A stretch of DNA of 64,000 nucleotides from positions 6,296-70,295 of the forward strand of contig JBDRAN010000002.1 in assembly GCA_043823745.1 (NCBI GenBank), written 5' to 3'. The DNA comes from Candidatus Omnitrophota bacterium. Lineage in GTDB: Bacteria; Omnitrophota; Gorgyraeia; Duberdicusellales; 4484-171. Shown piece by piece: positions 47,747 to 57,078 of this stretch. A program made the position numbers and the translations under genes. Below the pieces are notes generated by a model. That model searched no databases. It was not told the DNA's origin and was given only the letters and a program-made list of their open reading frames with translations. The number at the start of each line of letters is the position of its first letter. The first letter of the stretch is position 1.

Positions 47747-47924
47747 AAAAAAGAGATTTTGTATCCTCGTTACTTACAATCTTTGCTTTAATTTTAAAAC
47801 TTGACCTATTTTTGTGGAGGGATAGTATAATCATTAATGAGTGATTATATGAGGCTAAAATTTAGGTAAATTTATAGGGTAACTCTTAAAGGGATTGCCT
47901 TTTTTGACCAAGGATACGAGAAAA

Positions 47925-48500
47925 ATGGACGAAGGAAAATTATTTGTAAATCTTCACAATATTCTTAAAGGATATAAAAACAAATGTAGATTTTTAACCG
48001 AGCTAAAAACTTCATTATTTACTAAAAAAACATCTTATCAGCTTGATTTTGATATTATAATCATTCAGTTGCAAAACAGGGTAGAAGACATTTTTGACCG
48101 TATTCTAAGAACTTATACAAGACCTAAGCAAAAAGAGGAATATTTATATAACGATGAGATAATGAAAGATACTGCAGCAAAATTTACCCCCGAGGAGGTT
48201 AGGAACTTGATTATTTTTAATCTTGGTTTTAGTGAGAAAAAGAATTTGATTTTCAAGCTTTTTAAGGTATCTAAATCGACGAAAACGATAATTGATAAAC
48301 TTAATGAAATGAGAAATGCAATTGCCCATAGATATAGCGAAGACGATAAAAGATTTATTTATAAAGAAAAGAACGTTTTACATGATCCAAACACACTTAT
48401 TAATTTTTTTAGAGACAATTTCGAGGGTATTATTGAGATTCTTGAAATCGAAACTAAGCTACTAGATGCCATAGATAAAGCCGAAGGTGAACTTGGTTGA
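47925..48500 (+). CDS. HEPN-motif (RxxxxH) protein
   Basis: Helical, AT-rich; LNEMRNAIAH near the C-terminus. Confidence 0.65.
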   Translation: MDEGKLFVNLHNILKGYKNKCRFLTELKTSLFTKKTSYQLDFDIIIIQLQNRVEDIFDRILRTYTRPKQKEEYLYNDEIMKDTAAKFTPEEVRNLIIFNLGFSEKKNLIFKLFKVSKSTKTIIDKLNEMRNAIAHRYSEDDKRFIYKEKNVLHDPNTLINFFRDNFEGIIEILEIETKLLDAIDKAEGELG

Positions 48501-48529
48501 AATTCAATGTGAGCCTTGAGCAGAGAAGA

Positions 48530-49042
48530 ATGAACAAAAAACAATCAATCATAATATTGGTGTTATTATTTATTCCGATAATTAGTTGTTTTGCCGCCAG
48601 AGACTATCTCATAGACAAAGGACAGAAGCCTGACGAGTCAACTTTCCATGAATACAAGATTGACTTGGATGGCGACAAGAAACCAGAGTTAATCAAAGTT
48701 ATGTATGGCCCTGGTGTATCTGATAAATACCTTGAGATAGAAGTCTATAAGGCAGGCAAACTCATATCTCGTCTCAAGGGCAAGTTCGGTATCCAGTCCA
48801 ACTACAAGATAGAAGATATAGATAAGGACGGCAAAAAAGAAATCATCATCTGGAGCGGCATCTGGGATCCGCGCCTGTCTGGAGAGGATGGCGTGACGGA
48901 AGCAACGTACGAAGGTCACAGCAGTCCGCACAGATATATCGTAGCTACCTATAAACTCATAAGGGACGATTATTACCTTTGGAAGATATACACTACCAAG
49001 AAGAAGTACGAGCCGTTTTGTGAAGAGCAGCCAAAAGAGTAA
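48530..49042 (+). CDS. secreted hypothetical protein with DxDGD/FG-GAP-like loops
   Basis: Signal peptide MNKKQSIIIL; IDLDGDKKPELI and EDIDKDGKKEII. Confidence 0.75.
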   Translation: MNKKQSIIILVLLFIPIISCFAARDYLIDKGQKPDESTFHEYKIDLDGDKKPELIKVMYGPGVSDKYLEIEVYKAGKLISRLKGKFGIQSNYKIEDIDKDGKKEIIIWSGIWDPRLSGEDGVTEATYEGHSSPHRYIVATYKLIRDDYYLWKIYTTKKKYEPFCEEQPKE

Positions 49043-49076
49043 GGAAGCAAGAACGTTGAAACAAAAGGAGTGAAAA

Positions 49077-49565
49077 ATGAAAAAACTAATCTTGTTTTTA
49101 GTATTCGCTTTTCTATCCTTGTCCAGCACCGCTTTTGCTGATATTAAGACTGAAGCAGATATGCTCAAGAAAGATTTGATTAGTTTCCATAACAAAATGG
49201 CAGCTTATCAAAGAGAAGAATCCGAGCCTTCCAATACTATGTATAATAAGTTATATACAGATCAAGCGGGCGAACTATTTGTTTTTACGAATATAAGCCG
49301 AGCATATTTAAACTATGCACGTTTTCTGCTCGATGAAATTAAATGGTTAAAACTAGACTCAGATAACGAATTAGTTAGGGGATATTTAAAAAATAGCTTA
49401 TCTAATTTTAATAAAGAAGGGGAATTTTATGTTAAATATTTAGCTTACCATATAGAATTTGCAAAGAATCTAGAAATGACTAAAAAATTACAGATTTTGA
49501 AAGAAGATATAGCCGCGCTTCACACTAAGATTAAAAAATTTAGCGATAATATTTCTACAAAATAA
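49077..49565 (+). CDS. secreted hypothetical protein
   Basis: Signal peptide ending AFA; AAGGAG SD. Confidence 0.75.
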   Translation: MKKLILFLVFAFLSLSSTAFADIKTEADMLKKDLISFHNKMAAYQREESEPSNTMYNKLYTDQAGELFVFTNISRAYLNYARFLLDEIKWLKLDSDNELVRGYLKNSLSNFNKEGEFYVKYLAYHIEFAKNLEMTKKLQILKEDIAALHTKIKKFSDNISTK

Positions 49566-49593
49566 AGGTAAATATCAAAAACAATCAAAGCAA

Positions 49594-49959
49594 ATGTGGA
49601 AATATTTCGAATGTGAAAGATGTGGTAAGTGTTGTGAAGAAGCTGGATTACCTTGGGACCCAAATCGTAGTCAAAGGATTGCTCAATTTCTTGGTATTTC
49701 TGTTGCTGAATTGGTAGAAAAATATTATGGTAAAATTTGTTCTGACGATAAGCAATGGGAAAGTGAAGAAACAAAAAGAACACCGTGTCCGTTTCTTAAA
49801 TTTAAAAATATGCAAAAAAGTTGTGCTATCTACACGGTAAGACCTGAACCATGCGAGCTCTATCCTTTAGAAACTGATTTTGGAACTTGCGGGGTTGAAT
49901 GTCCTGCTGCCAAGAAATTTTATAAAAGAATTGTGAATAAAGACAAAATTAATAATTAA
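49594..49959 (+). CDS. YkgJ-family CxxCxxCC cysteine-cluster protein
   Basis: CERCGKCC, CPFL, CAIY..RPEPC.LYP. Confidence 0.85.
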   Translation: MWKYFECERCGKCCEEAGLPWDPNRSQRIAQFLGISVAELVEKYYGKICSDDKQWESEETKRTPCPFLKFKNMQKSCAIYTVRPEPCELYPLETDFGTCGVECPAAKKFYKRIVNKDKINN

Positions 49960-49990
49960 AATCTTTAGCCGCAAGGCGAGGATTTTTTTT
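49958..49990 (+). terminator. intrinsic terminator
   Basis: Stem with GCAA tetraloop followed by T8. Confidence 0.7.
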
Positions 49991-50114
49991 GTTTATGGGT
50001 ATTATAAAAACAAAGTCAGTATTCGGATAGGTTTGAAATGCTCTGGGTAGCTGGTAGAAAGGCAAAAGTTTTAGCATGATGCGAAGGCTAAATGGCGATG
50101 GGTAGGAACGAAGA

Positions 50115-50864
50115 ATGAATAAAAAACAAGCAATAATTATCTTGCTTATTACGTTTCTAGCTATCCCCAAATGGGTGTTTCCAAAGGAGAAGGACCCTAA
50201 ACATTGGACAGAACTATTAAATAATGTTGACAAGATATCTGGGATGGACGCAAGCAAGATTTCTGAGGAGCAATTTTATGAATATGAGCAAGCCTTAATT
50301 ACTGGGTTTAGTGGTTCCGGAGGTAACTTTCTTGGGGAAAAAGAGATAAATTGGTTGACTAAAATGGAAGAATCCTTTAAGAAGCGAGGAATTACGCTAA
50401 AAGATACATGGCATAGACATTATGTTATCGCTGATTCATACTTTAACGATGAGCGATATTCTAAAGCTCTCGAGGAATTTAAGAAGCTTGGGGATCGGCC
50501 AGGTATTGAACTTAGTGAATGGATGGTTAGCAACAAAGGGATAACAGACGGTGTTATTAAAATAATGGAGTATAAGGGTAAGATTCCCCACGATTCATTG
50601 GAAAGCGGAAGCGCTCGAGCGGAAGATAAGCGCTATCTCTTTATCTCATGTTTTAAAGGTCCTGTTTATCGATACAATAAAGTAACAGATATGCATGCCA
50701 TTGTGTATGCTCCCGAATTCAAATACGATTGGTCAGATAATCTTTCATTTGATGGAGAGCTTCTTACCATCACGCTCAGAGACGATGCGGGTATATTTAT
50801 ATTTAATAATGTTTCTAAGGAGATAAAGCAACAATCTAAAAGCAGATCAATAAAAAACAATTAA
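50115..50864 (+). CDS. secreted/membrane-anchored hypothetical protein
   Basis: Signal-like MNKKQAIIILL; one TPR-like stretch (IADSYFNDERYSKALEEF). Confidence 0.75.
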   Translation: MNKKQAIIILLITFLAIPKWVFPKEKDPKHWTELLNNVDKISGMDASKISEEQFYEYEQALITGFSGSGGNFLGEKEINWLTKMEESFKKRGITLKDTWHRHYVIADSYFNDERYSKALEEFKKLGDRPGIELSEWMVSNKGITDGVIKIMEYKGKIPHDSLESGSARAEDKRYLFISCFKGPVYRYNKVTDMHAIVYAPEFKYDWSDNLSFDGELLTITLRDDAGIFIFNNVSKEIKQQSKSRSIKNN

Positions 50865-50870
50865 CCATGG

Positions 50871-51012
50871 TAGCTCATGGCTCATGGCTGATAGCTCATA
50901 GTGAAGAGAAAAATACTAAAGATTGTGAGCCGTGAGTTATGCGTTTCTTTCAGGGCTATGAGCAATGAGCTATGAACTATGAGCTAGATTATACTCACTA
51001 CTCAATACTTAA
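50871..51012. repeat. intergenic inverted heptamer element (RGCTCAT / ATGAGCT) plus an extra TACTCAM arm
   Basis: 50871-50901 and 50956-50986 are near reverse complements, four units each. Confidence 0.9.
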
Positions 51013-51020
51013 ACATTACA

Positions 51021-51872
51021 ATGGATACCATCAAAAAGATAGCGGTTAGTGACATTAAGAGAAGAAAGGGGAGGGGTAAGCTTGCGATGCTTACCTGTTA
51101 CGATTATTCCTTCGCGCGTATTCTTGATGAGGCGGGTATCGAGGTTCTCCTGGTGGGTGATTCTTTAGCTAATGTTGTTTTAGGACTTTCTGAAACACGA
51201 AAGATCTCCATTGTTGAAATGCTTAATCATACTGCAGCAGTAGCAAAGGGAGTAGTCCGCGCTTTGGTTGTTGCGGATATGCCGTACGCGAGCTATCAGC
51301 GCAATCCCGGTCGAAGTGTTTTTTATGCAAAGAAATTTATTGCTGCTGGTGCGGCCGCGGTTAAAGTTGAATGGTTCCAGGGTCCGGGTTCAAAGAGCTG
51401 CGTCGGGGTGGTAAGAGCGCTTATTGCCGCGGGCATTCCGGTGATGGGTCATATCGGCCTTACGCCGCAAACCGCGCACCTTTTAGGCGGGTACAAGGTT
51501 CAAGGTAAAGACTTGAAGTCCGCGCGCGCTATCCTTTCGCAGGCACTTCTTTTGCAAAGACTCGGAGTTTTCAGTATTGTTCTTGAGTGTATACCTTGGC
51601 AACTTTCGCGGCTTATTACCGCGCGCCTTACGGTGCCTACGATTGGTATCGGCGCCGGCTCCTATTGCGATGGTCAGGTGCTCGTTTTGTATGATTTTCT
51701 GGGGCTTTATGGCTCACGACCCACGTTTGCTCGCGTATATGCGCCGCTGGCACGATATATTGAAAGTGCAATTAAACGTTTTAAAAGGGATATCAAAGAG
51801 TTTCATTATCCTTCTTCCCGCGAAAGTTTTGCCGTCAAGGAAGGCCTCTATCGGCGTCTTAAGAAATACTAG
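51021..51872 (+). CDS. panB: 3-methyl-2-oxobutanoate hydroxymethyltransferase
   Basis: MLTCYDY, LVGDSL, VADMP, HIGLTPQ, TIGIGAG..CDGQVLV. Confidence 0.97.
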   Translation: MDTIKKIAVSDIKRRKGRGKLAMLTCYDYSFARILDEAGIEVLLVGDSLANVVLGLSETRKISIVEMLNHTAAVAKGVVRALVVADMPYASYQRNPGRSVFYAKKFIAAGAAAVKVEWFQGPGSKSCVGVVRALIAAGIPVMGHIGLTPQTAHLLGGYKVQGKDLKSARAILSQALLLQRLGVFSIVLECIPWQLSRLITARLTVPTIGIGAGSYCDGQVLVLYDFLGLYGSRPTFARVYAPLARYIESAIKRFKRDIKEFHYPSSRESFAVKEGLYRRLKKY

Positions 51873-51897
51873 GCGTATTTGCGCGGGTGAATTATTC

Positions 51898-51925
51898 TTG
51901 ACGTGTTTGGGAGTATTGGTAGAAT
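51898..51925 (+). promoter_or_regulatory. sigma70 promoter
   Basis: TTGACG-16nt-TAGAAT with TG extension. Confidence 0.65.
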
Positions 51926-51954
51926 ACTCTTGTTTTTAAAAGAGGAGGTGGTCT

Positions 51955-52617
51955 ATGAAAAAAGTCTGCGTTGTGTTCATGCTTATTTGTATGTTTGGGT
52001 TGATGTCTTCACGCGCCTACGCTTCCTACATTGGGGCTTCTGCCGAAAAAGCTAAACAGGGAATTGTCAACGTCTTTACGGGTTGGCTTGAAGTGCCATA
52101 TCAGGTTTCTAAAGGGTGGAAAAGCGGTTTCGGCGAAGACGAGAATAATAAACTTCTCGGAGGTTTCCTGGGAGTGTTCCGGGGGCTTATCCATGCGACC
52201 GGAAGAACTGCCACCGGTATCTATCAGGTCGCGACGTTCCCTTTGCCCAATCCCAAAAATAACGAAGGTATTGGTATTCCGCTTGATGCAAACCAAGCTT
52301 GGGAAGAGGGAACTCAATATTCTCTGGTCAATAACGGAATTCAGCCTATCGGCAAAAAAGCCTTCAGGGGGTTTATTAATACTTTTTTTGCGATTTTTGA
52401 AGTTCCCGGTCAGGTTGCCAAAGGGTTTGAAGAAGATAGGCCCTTCATTGGGCTTGGCAAGGCAGTAGTATTTCCGATTGGACGATTTTCTTCCGGTGTA
52501 TATGACTTGGTGACTGTGCTTCTTCCTAATAGCGTGGAAGAGTATGGGTATGCCTTGGAGGAGAAACAGCCATGGGATGCGATTGAGGAAGCGAGGCGCC
52601 GTAACGATCAGCAATAG
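51955..52617 (+). CDS. exported protein with two tandem TIGR04073-like repeats
   Basis: K..G.VN..TGWLEVP..GR...GIY.V.T...P unit present twice; signal peptide. Confidence 0.7.
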   Translation: MKKVCVVFMLICMFGLMSSRAYASYIGASAEKAKQGIVNVFTGWLEVPYQVSKGWKSGFGEDENNKLLGGFLGVFRGLIHATGRTATGIYQVATFPLPNPKNNEGIGIPLDANQAWEEGTQYSLVNNGIQPIGKKAFRGFINTFFAIFEVPGQVAKGFEEDRPFIGLGKAVVFPIGRFSSGVYDLVTVLLPNSVEEYGYALEEKQPWDAIEEARRRNDQQ

Positions 52618-52636
52618 AATATTGAGAATTTTTGTG

Positions 52637-52672
52637 AGCCCCTCGTGACGTAGCGCACGAGGGGCTTTTTTT
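52637..52672 (+). terminator. intrinsic terminator
   Basis: AGCCCCTCGTG / CACGAGGGGCT perfect 11-bp stem followed by a T-run. Confidence 0.9.
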
Positions 52673-52758
52673 ACGAATGGGAGAGAAAATAGGCTCGGGG
52701 TAGCGGTGGGTACGGGTTATTTGTGCCCGATTTTATTGGAAAACAGAATTATTTTTAA

Positions 52759-52787
52759 TTGACGGTTGGGGAATGTTTTGATACTAT
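52759..52787 (+). promoter_or_regulatory. sigma70 promoter of the pur cluster
   Basis: TTGACG-17nt-TACTAT with TG extension. Confidence 0.7.
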
Positions 52788-52841
52788 GTAACTCCTGACT
52801 TTCATTGTATTATTTGTTTAAAATAATAAAAACAAGGTGTT

Positions 52842-54131
52842 ATGGTAGAGCGCTACACTCCTCGAGAAATCGGCGCAATTTGGAATGAAGACAATAAATA
52901 CCAACGGTTTTTAACGATCGAAGCGCTTCTGTGCGAGGCGTTGGAGGAGTCAGGAAAAATACCCTCTGGCGTAGCCGCAAAACTTCTCAAAGTTAAACTC
53001 TCGCTTAGCAAAATCAAGAAGATCGAAGAAACAACCCACCATGATATTGTTGCTTTCATCCAATATATTTCTCCGTATATGGGCGCGAATGCGAAGTATT
53101 TGCACCGAGGCCTGACTTCTTCGGATTTACTGGATACGACACTTGCCTGGCAGATTAAAGACGCGACGGCGATTATTCTTAAAGATCTTGACCTGGTTAT
53201 ACGCGAGGTCAAGCAAAAAGCCTTAAAGTATAAGGATACGTTATGTGTCGCCCGTACGCACGGAGTTCATGCCGAAATTTATAGTTTTGGGTTAAAGTTT
53301 CTCTACCTCTACAGCGATTTGGTCCATGAGCGCGCGTTGCTTGCCGAATCGCTTGCGTATGTCGCGTCAGGAAAGATTTCCGGTGCCGTCGGAACCTTTG
53401 CGCATTTAGATCCAAAGATAGAGGACTATATTTGCAAAAAAATAGGCATTGGGCGCGTGGCTGTGTCAACGCAAATTGTTTCACGGGAGCGTCACGCGTA
53501 TTATCTCTCCCTTCTTTCTCTGGTCGCTTCGAGCCTTGAACGGTTCGCGACCGAGATACGCCACCTGCACCGCACCGAAGTCGATGAGGTAAAAGAGCCG
53601 TTTTATAAAGGTCAGAAAGGCTCAAGCGCCATGCCTCATAAACAAAATCCGGTTATTTGCGAACGTATTTGCGGTCTTGCGCGCGTCGTGCGGGCGAACA
53701 TGATGGTGGCGTTTGAGAATATCAACCTCTGGCATGAGCGCGACATTTCGCATTCATCGGCGGAGCGTGTTGTTATCCCCGATTCGACGATCGCGATAAG
53801 TTACATGCTTAAACAATTTACCGAAGTCATCAAGAATCTTGCGGTTAACCCTAAGAACATGTTGCGCAATATTGAGCTTAACCGCGGCCTTATCTATTCC
53901 CAGAAGATTTTAATCGCGCTGATGGATAAAGGCCTGGCCCGGATGGACGCGTATACTATTGTCCAGGATATTTCTCTGCGGGTTATCAACGAGGGCTCGA
54001 ACTTCAAGACGCAGGCCCTTGCCGATGCGCGCTTAGCAAAGCACGTAACGAAAAAAGAAATAGAAGCTATGTTTGATCCCTATGCGTATTTAGCGAATGT
54101 AAACGCTATATACCGGCGCGCGGGCCTTTGA
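52842..54131 (+). CDS. purB: adenylosuccinate lyase
   Basis: HDIVAF, H.GLTSSD, RTHGVHAE, GSSAMPHKQNP, HERDISHSS.ER. Confidence 0.98.
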   Translation: MVERYTPREIGAIWNEDNKYQRFLTIEALLCEALEESGKIPSGVAAKLLKVKLSLSKIKKIEETTHHDIVAFIQYISPYMGANAKYLHRGLTSSDLLDTTLAWQIKDATAIILKDLDLVIREVKQKALKYKDTLCVARTHGVHAEIYSFGLKFLYLYSDLVHERALLAESLAYVASGKISGAVGTFAHLDPKIEDYICKKIGIGRVAVSTQIVSRERHAYYLSLLSLVASSLERFATEIRHLHRTEVDEVKEPFYKGQKGSSAMPHKQNPVICERICGLARVVRANMMVAFENINLWHERDISHSSAERVVIPDSTIAISYMLKQFTEVIKNLAVNPKNMLRNIELNRGLIYSQKILIALMDKGLARMDAYTIVQDISLRVINEGSNFKTQALADARLAKHVTKKEIEAMFDPYAYLANVNAIYRRAGL

Positions 54132-54189
54132 TCGAATAACGAGTAACGGAAAGCGTACGCCGCCTTATCCAGAGCCTGCCACTATATTC

Positions 54190-57078
54190 ATGATTTGGCG
54201 AATAGATGTTATCAGTAAAAAAGAGGAGTCTTCGGAAGCTCTGGCTGCCGAGGTACGTGATGTGGGCGTCTGCGATCCTTGCCGCGTTATCCGGCGCAAT
54301 ATTTTTTTTATAGAGGCTGATTGCGCGCGCGAGACGATTGCTTCGATCGCCGATAGGCTCTTGATTGATCCGGTCTGTGAAGAGTACCACATTCGCCAGG
54401 GAATTTTTGACGGGCCTCCGGATGCCGACGAGATCATCATTACCCACAATCCGGGAGTGTGCGATCCGGTTGCTATTTCTATGGAGAAGGCAATCAGTGA
54501 TTTGTCCTTACGCATAAAGGCCGCGCGTACAGCTCGGTTGTATAAACTCGACGGCCTCACCCGTCAGAGAATCATTTCAATCGCTCCCAAGATCTTCTTT
54601 AATCCGCTTATTGAGCATATCCTTGATTACGAAAAGGTAAAACATCTCGCAACCCTCGATGAATTTTCGGGAAAAGATTATATTTTTAAGCTGATCACCG
54701 TTCCCTTGCGTTCCGCGGGCCTGGCCGCGCTTACGAAGATTTCTCATGAGGGTTGTTTGTCCTTAAGCCTTGATGAGATGCGGATTATCCAAGGTTATTT
54801 TAGGAAATTAAAACGGGATCCGACGGACTGCGAGCTTGAAACCATCGCGATATTATGGTCTGAGCACTGCGGGCACAAGACATTCCGCGGTATCATTACG
54901 TATGAGGAAAAAGACGGACCGCGCGGCAGGCGAAAGAAAAAAATCATTAATAATTTGTTAAAGTCCACCGTAATGAAGGCGACAAACGAAATCAAGCATC
55001 CATCCTGCGTGTCGGTGTTTCACGATAACTCAGGTGTTGTTCGTTTTGACGGGGATAATAATATTTGTTTTAAAGTAGAAACGCACAATCATCCTTCAAG
55101 CCTTGAGCCCTACGGCGGCGCTTCAACCGGAATCGGAGGTGTTATCCGGGATATCGTAGGCACCGGTTGCGCGGCCAAGCCATTTGCGTCAATCGATGTT
55201 TTTTGTTTTGCGCCCTGGCACGTTAAGCACGAAGACCTCCCGGCAGGGCTCCTGCATCCTAAGCGCATTATACGGGGGGTGATCAGAGGGGTCCGGGATT
55301 ATGGCAATCGTATGGGGATCCCTACGGTTGCCGGCGCGGTCCTTTTTGATGAACGTTTTCTGGGGAACCCCTTGGTTTTTTGCGGCACACTGGGGATCCT
55401 TCCCCGTGATAAGTCATTTAAGAAATCAAAGCCGGGCGATCTGGTGGTTCTATGCGGAGCAAAAACGGGCCGCGACGGCATACATGGCGCTACATTTTCT
55501 TCTAAAGAGCTCGATGAGCAGACGGTAGGCCTGACCAGCGCCGTACAGATCGGCAATGCCATCGAAGAGAAGAAAGTGACCGAGGCGATATTACGCGCGC
55601 GTGATCAGGATCTTTTTAGCTCCATCACCGATTGCGGCGCCGGCGGCATATCGAGCGCGGTAACGGAACTCGCGGCCGAGCATGGTGTTGAAGTGTACCT
55701 TGATCGAGTGCCGCTTAAATATCGAGGGCTTTCATATACCGACATCTGGATTTCTGAATCTCAGGAGCGAATGGTATTTTTTACACAAGCAGAGCATCTT
55801 GAGCAACTAGAAAAGATATTTACCGAAGAGGATGTGGAATTTTGCGTTATCGGAAAAGTTACCGACACGCGAAAGCTCGTTCTTCGCTATGATAGCCATA
55901 CCGTATGCGAGCTGGATATGAATTTTATTTTTCATCTTCCTCGGCTTGCCAAATCCGCGGTTTGGACCAGGCGCGCCGAGCGCGATGTGCGCAGAAAAGA
56001 GCAAAAAAACTACAATGACGAAGTCTGCGCGATGCTTGCCCGCCCCAACGTAGCTTCTAAAGACTGGGTGTTGCGGGAGTATGACCATGAAGTCCAGGCG
56101 GGCTCGGTGCTTAAGTCTATTTACGGGATCGAACGCGTGAGCGTCTCAGACGCGGCAATCGTGCGGCCCGATCTTACCAGTAAGAAAAGCGTTGCGATCG
56201 GCGTGGGTATTAATCCGTTTTATTCCGATATTGACCCCTACCATATGGCGTCGCTGGCTATTGAAGAAGCGCTGCGAAATGTCGTCTGCGTCGGCGCCGA
56301 TTTACGCCGTACGTATATTCTTGATAATTTTAGCTGGGGTTCGCCGCGTGACCCTAAAATTCTTGGAGGCCTGGTGCGCGCCGGGTTTGCCTGTTACGAC
56401 TTCTCGAAATATTTTAAAGTTCCGTTTGTTTCCGGAAAAGATAGCTTATATAACGAGTACGCGGTCGGTAAAAAGCACATTGCGATCCCGGGCACGTTGC
56501 TTATCTCGGCGATGGCGGTGATGGAGGATTACCAAAACGGCGCATCCGGCGTTTTTAAGAAAGCAGGGAATCTCGTGTATGTGATCGGCCTGACGAAGCG
56601 GGAACTCGGAGCCTCGGAATATTTTCGGTATCATGGACTCACCGGTGGCATCGTTCCTAAGATTGATAAGCGTATTTCCCGTGGCATCCTGATGGCAACC
56701 GCGGCCCTGGTGCGTCGAGGCATTGCGGTATCCTGCCATGATGCATCGGAAGGAGGCCTGGCTGTTGCAATGGCAGAGATGTGTATCGGTTCAAGGCTAG
56801 GTGCCCATGTTTTTCTTGGCGAAGTGCCGCATCAACGAGGGCTCCGTGCCGATGAGGTGCTTTTTAGTGAATCTGCTTCTCGGTTTGTCATTGAAGTAGA
56901 GAAACGTAATCAGAAAAAATTTGAGCGCAGTTTCAAGGGTCTTCCGTGGGGCCTGGTTGGGTGCGTCTGTGAGGATGCAACATTTTCGATACGCGGCGCC
57001 GACACGCAAGAACTGGTTTCGCTTACGATCGATCAATTGAAAACTGCCTGGACCGAGACATTTCAGGAATTTAGATAG
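54190..57078 (+). CDS. purL: FGAM synthase PurL with an N-terminal PurS-like extension
   Basis: WSEHCGHK, KVETHNHPS, YGNRMG.P, GRDGIHGATFSS, SESQERM, SGKDS; ~170-aa N-terminal region with L.DPV / PGV.DP / NPLI. Confidence 0.95.
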   Translation: MIWRIDVISKKEESSEALAAEVRDVGVCDPCRVIRRNIFFIEADCARETIASIADRLLIDPVCEEYHIRQGIFDGPPDADEIIITHNPGVCDPVAISMEKAISDLSLRIKAARTARLYKLDGLTRQRIISIAPKIFFNPLIEHILDYEKVKHLATLDEFSGKDYIFKLITVPLRSAGLAALTKISHEGCLSLSLDEMRIIQGYFRKLKRDPTDCELETIAILWSEHCGHKTFRGIITYEEKDGPRGRRKKKIINNLLKSTVMKATNEIKHPSCVSVFHDNSGVVRFDGDNNICFKVETHNHPSSLEPYGGASTGIGGVIRDIVGTGCAAKPFASIDVFCFAPWHVKHEDLPAGLLHPKRIIRGVIRGVRDYGNRMGIPTVAGAVLFDERFLGNPLVFCGTLGILPRDKSFKKSKPGDLVVLCGAKTGRDGIHGATFSSKELDEQTVGLTSAVQIGNAIEEKKVTEAILRARDQDLFSSITDCGAGGISSAVTELAAEHGVEVYLDRVPLKYRGLSYTDIWISESQERMVFFTQAEHLEQLEKIFTEEDVEFCVIGKVTDTRKLVLRYDSHTVCELDMNFIFHLPRLAKSAVWTRRAERDVRRKEQKNYNDEVCAMLARPNVASKDWVLREYDHEVQAGSVLKSIYGIERVSVSDAAIVRPDLTSKKSVAIGVGINPFYSDIDPYHMASLAIEEALRNVVCVGADLRRTYILDNFSWGSPRDPKILGGLVRAGFACYDFSKYFKVPFVSGKDSLYNEYAVGKKHIAIPGTLLISAMAVMEDYQNGASGVFKKAGNLVYVIGLTKRELGASEYFRYHGLTGGIVPKIDKRISRGILMATAALVRRGIAVSCHDASEGGLAVAMAEMCIGSRLGAHVFLGEVPHQRGLRADEVLFSESASRFVIEVEKRNQKKFERSFKGLPWGLVGCVCEDATFSIRGADTQELVSLTIDQLKTAWTETFQEFR

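Noticed and set aside
47895-50864. ORFan array as integron cassettes
   Set aside because: No intI, and no RYYYAAC..GTTRRRY attC-like palindromes in the short spacers
52673-52841. Purine, ZTP or preQ1 riboswitch upstream of purB, guaB or queF
   Set aside because: The leaders are short or AT-rich and lack the conserved aptamer sequences I could recognise; an Rfam scan would settle it
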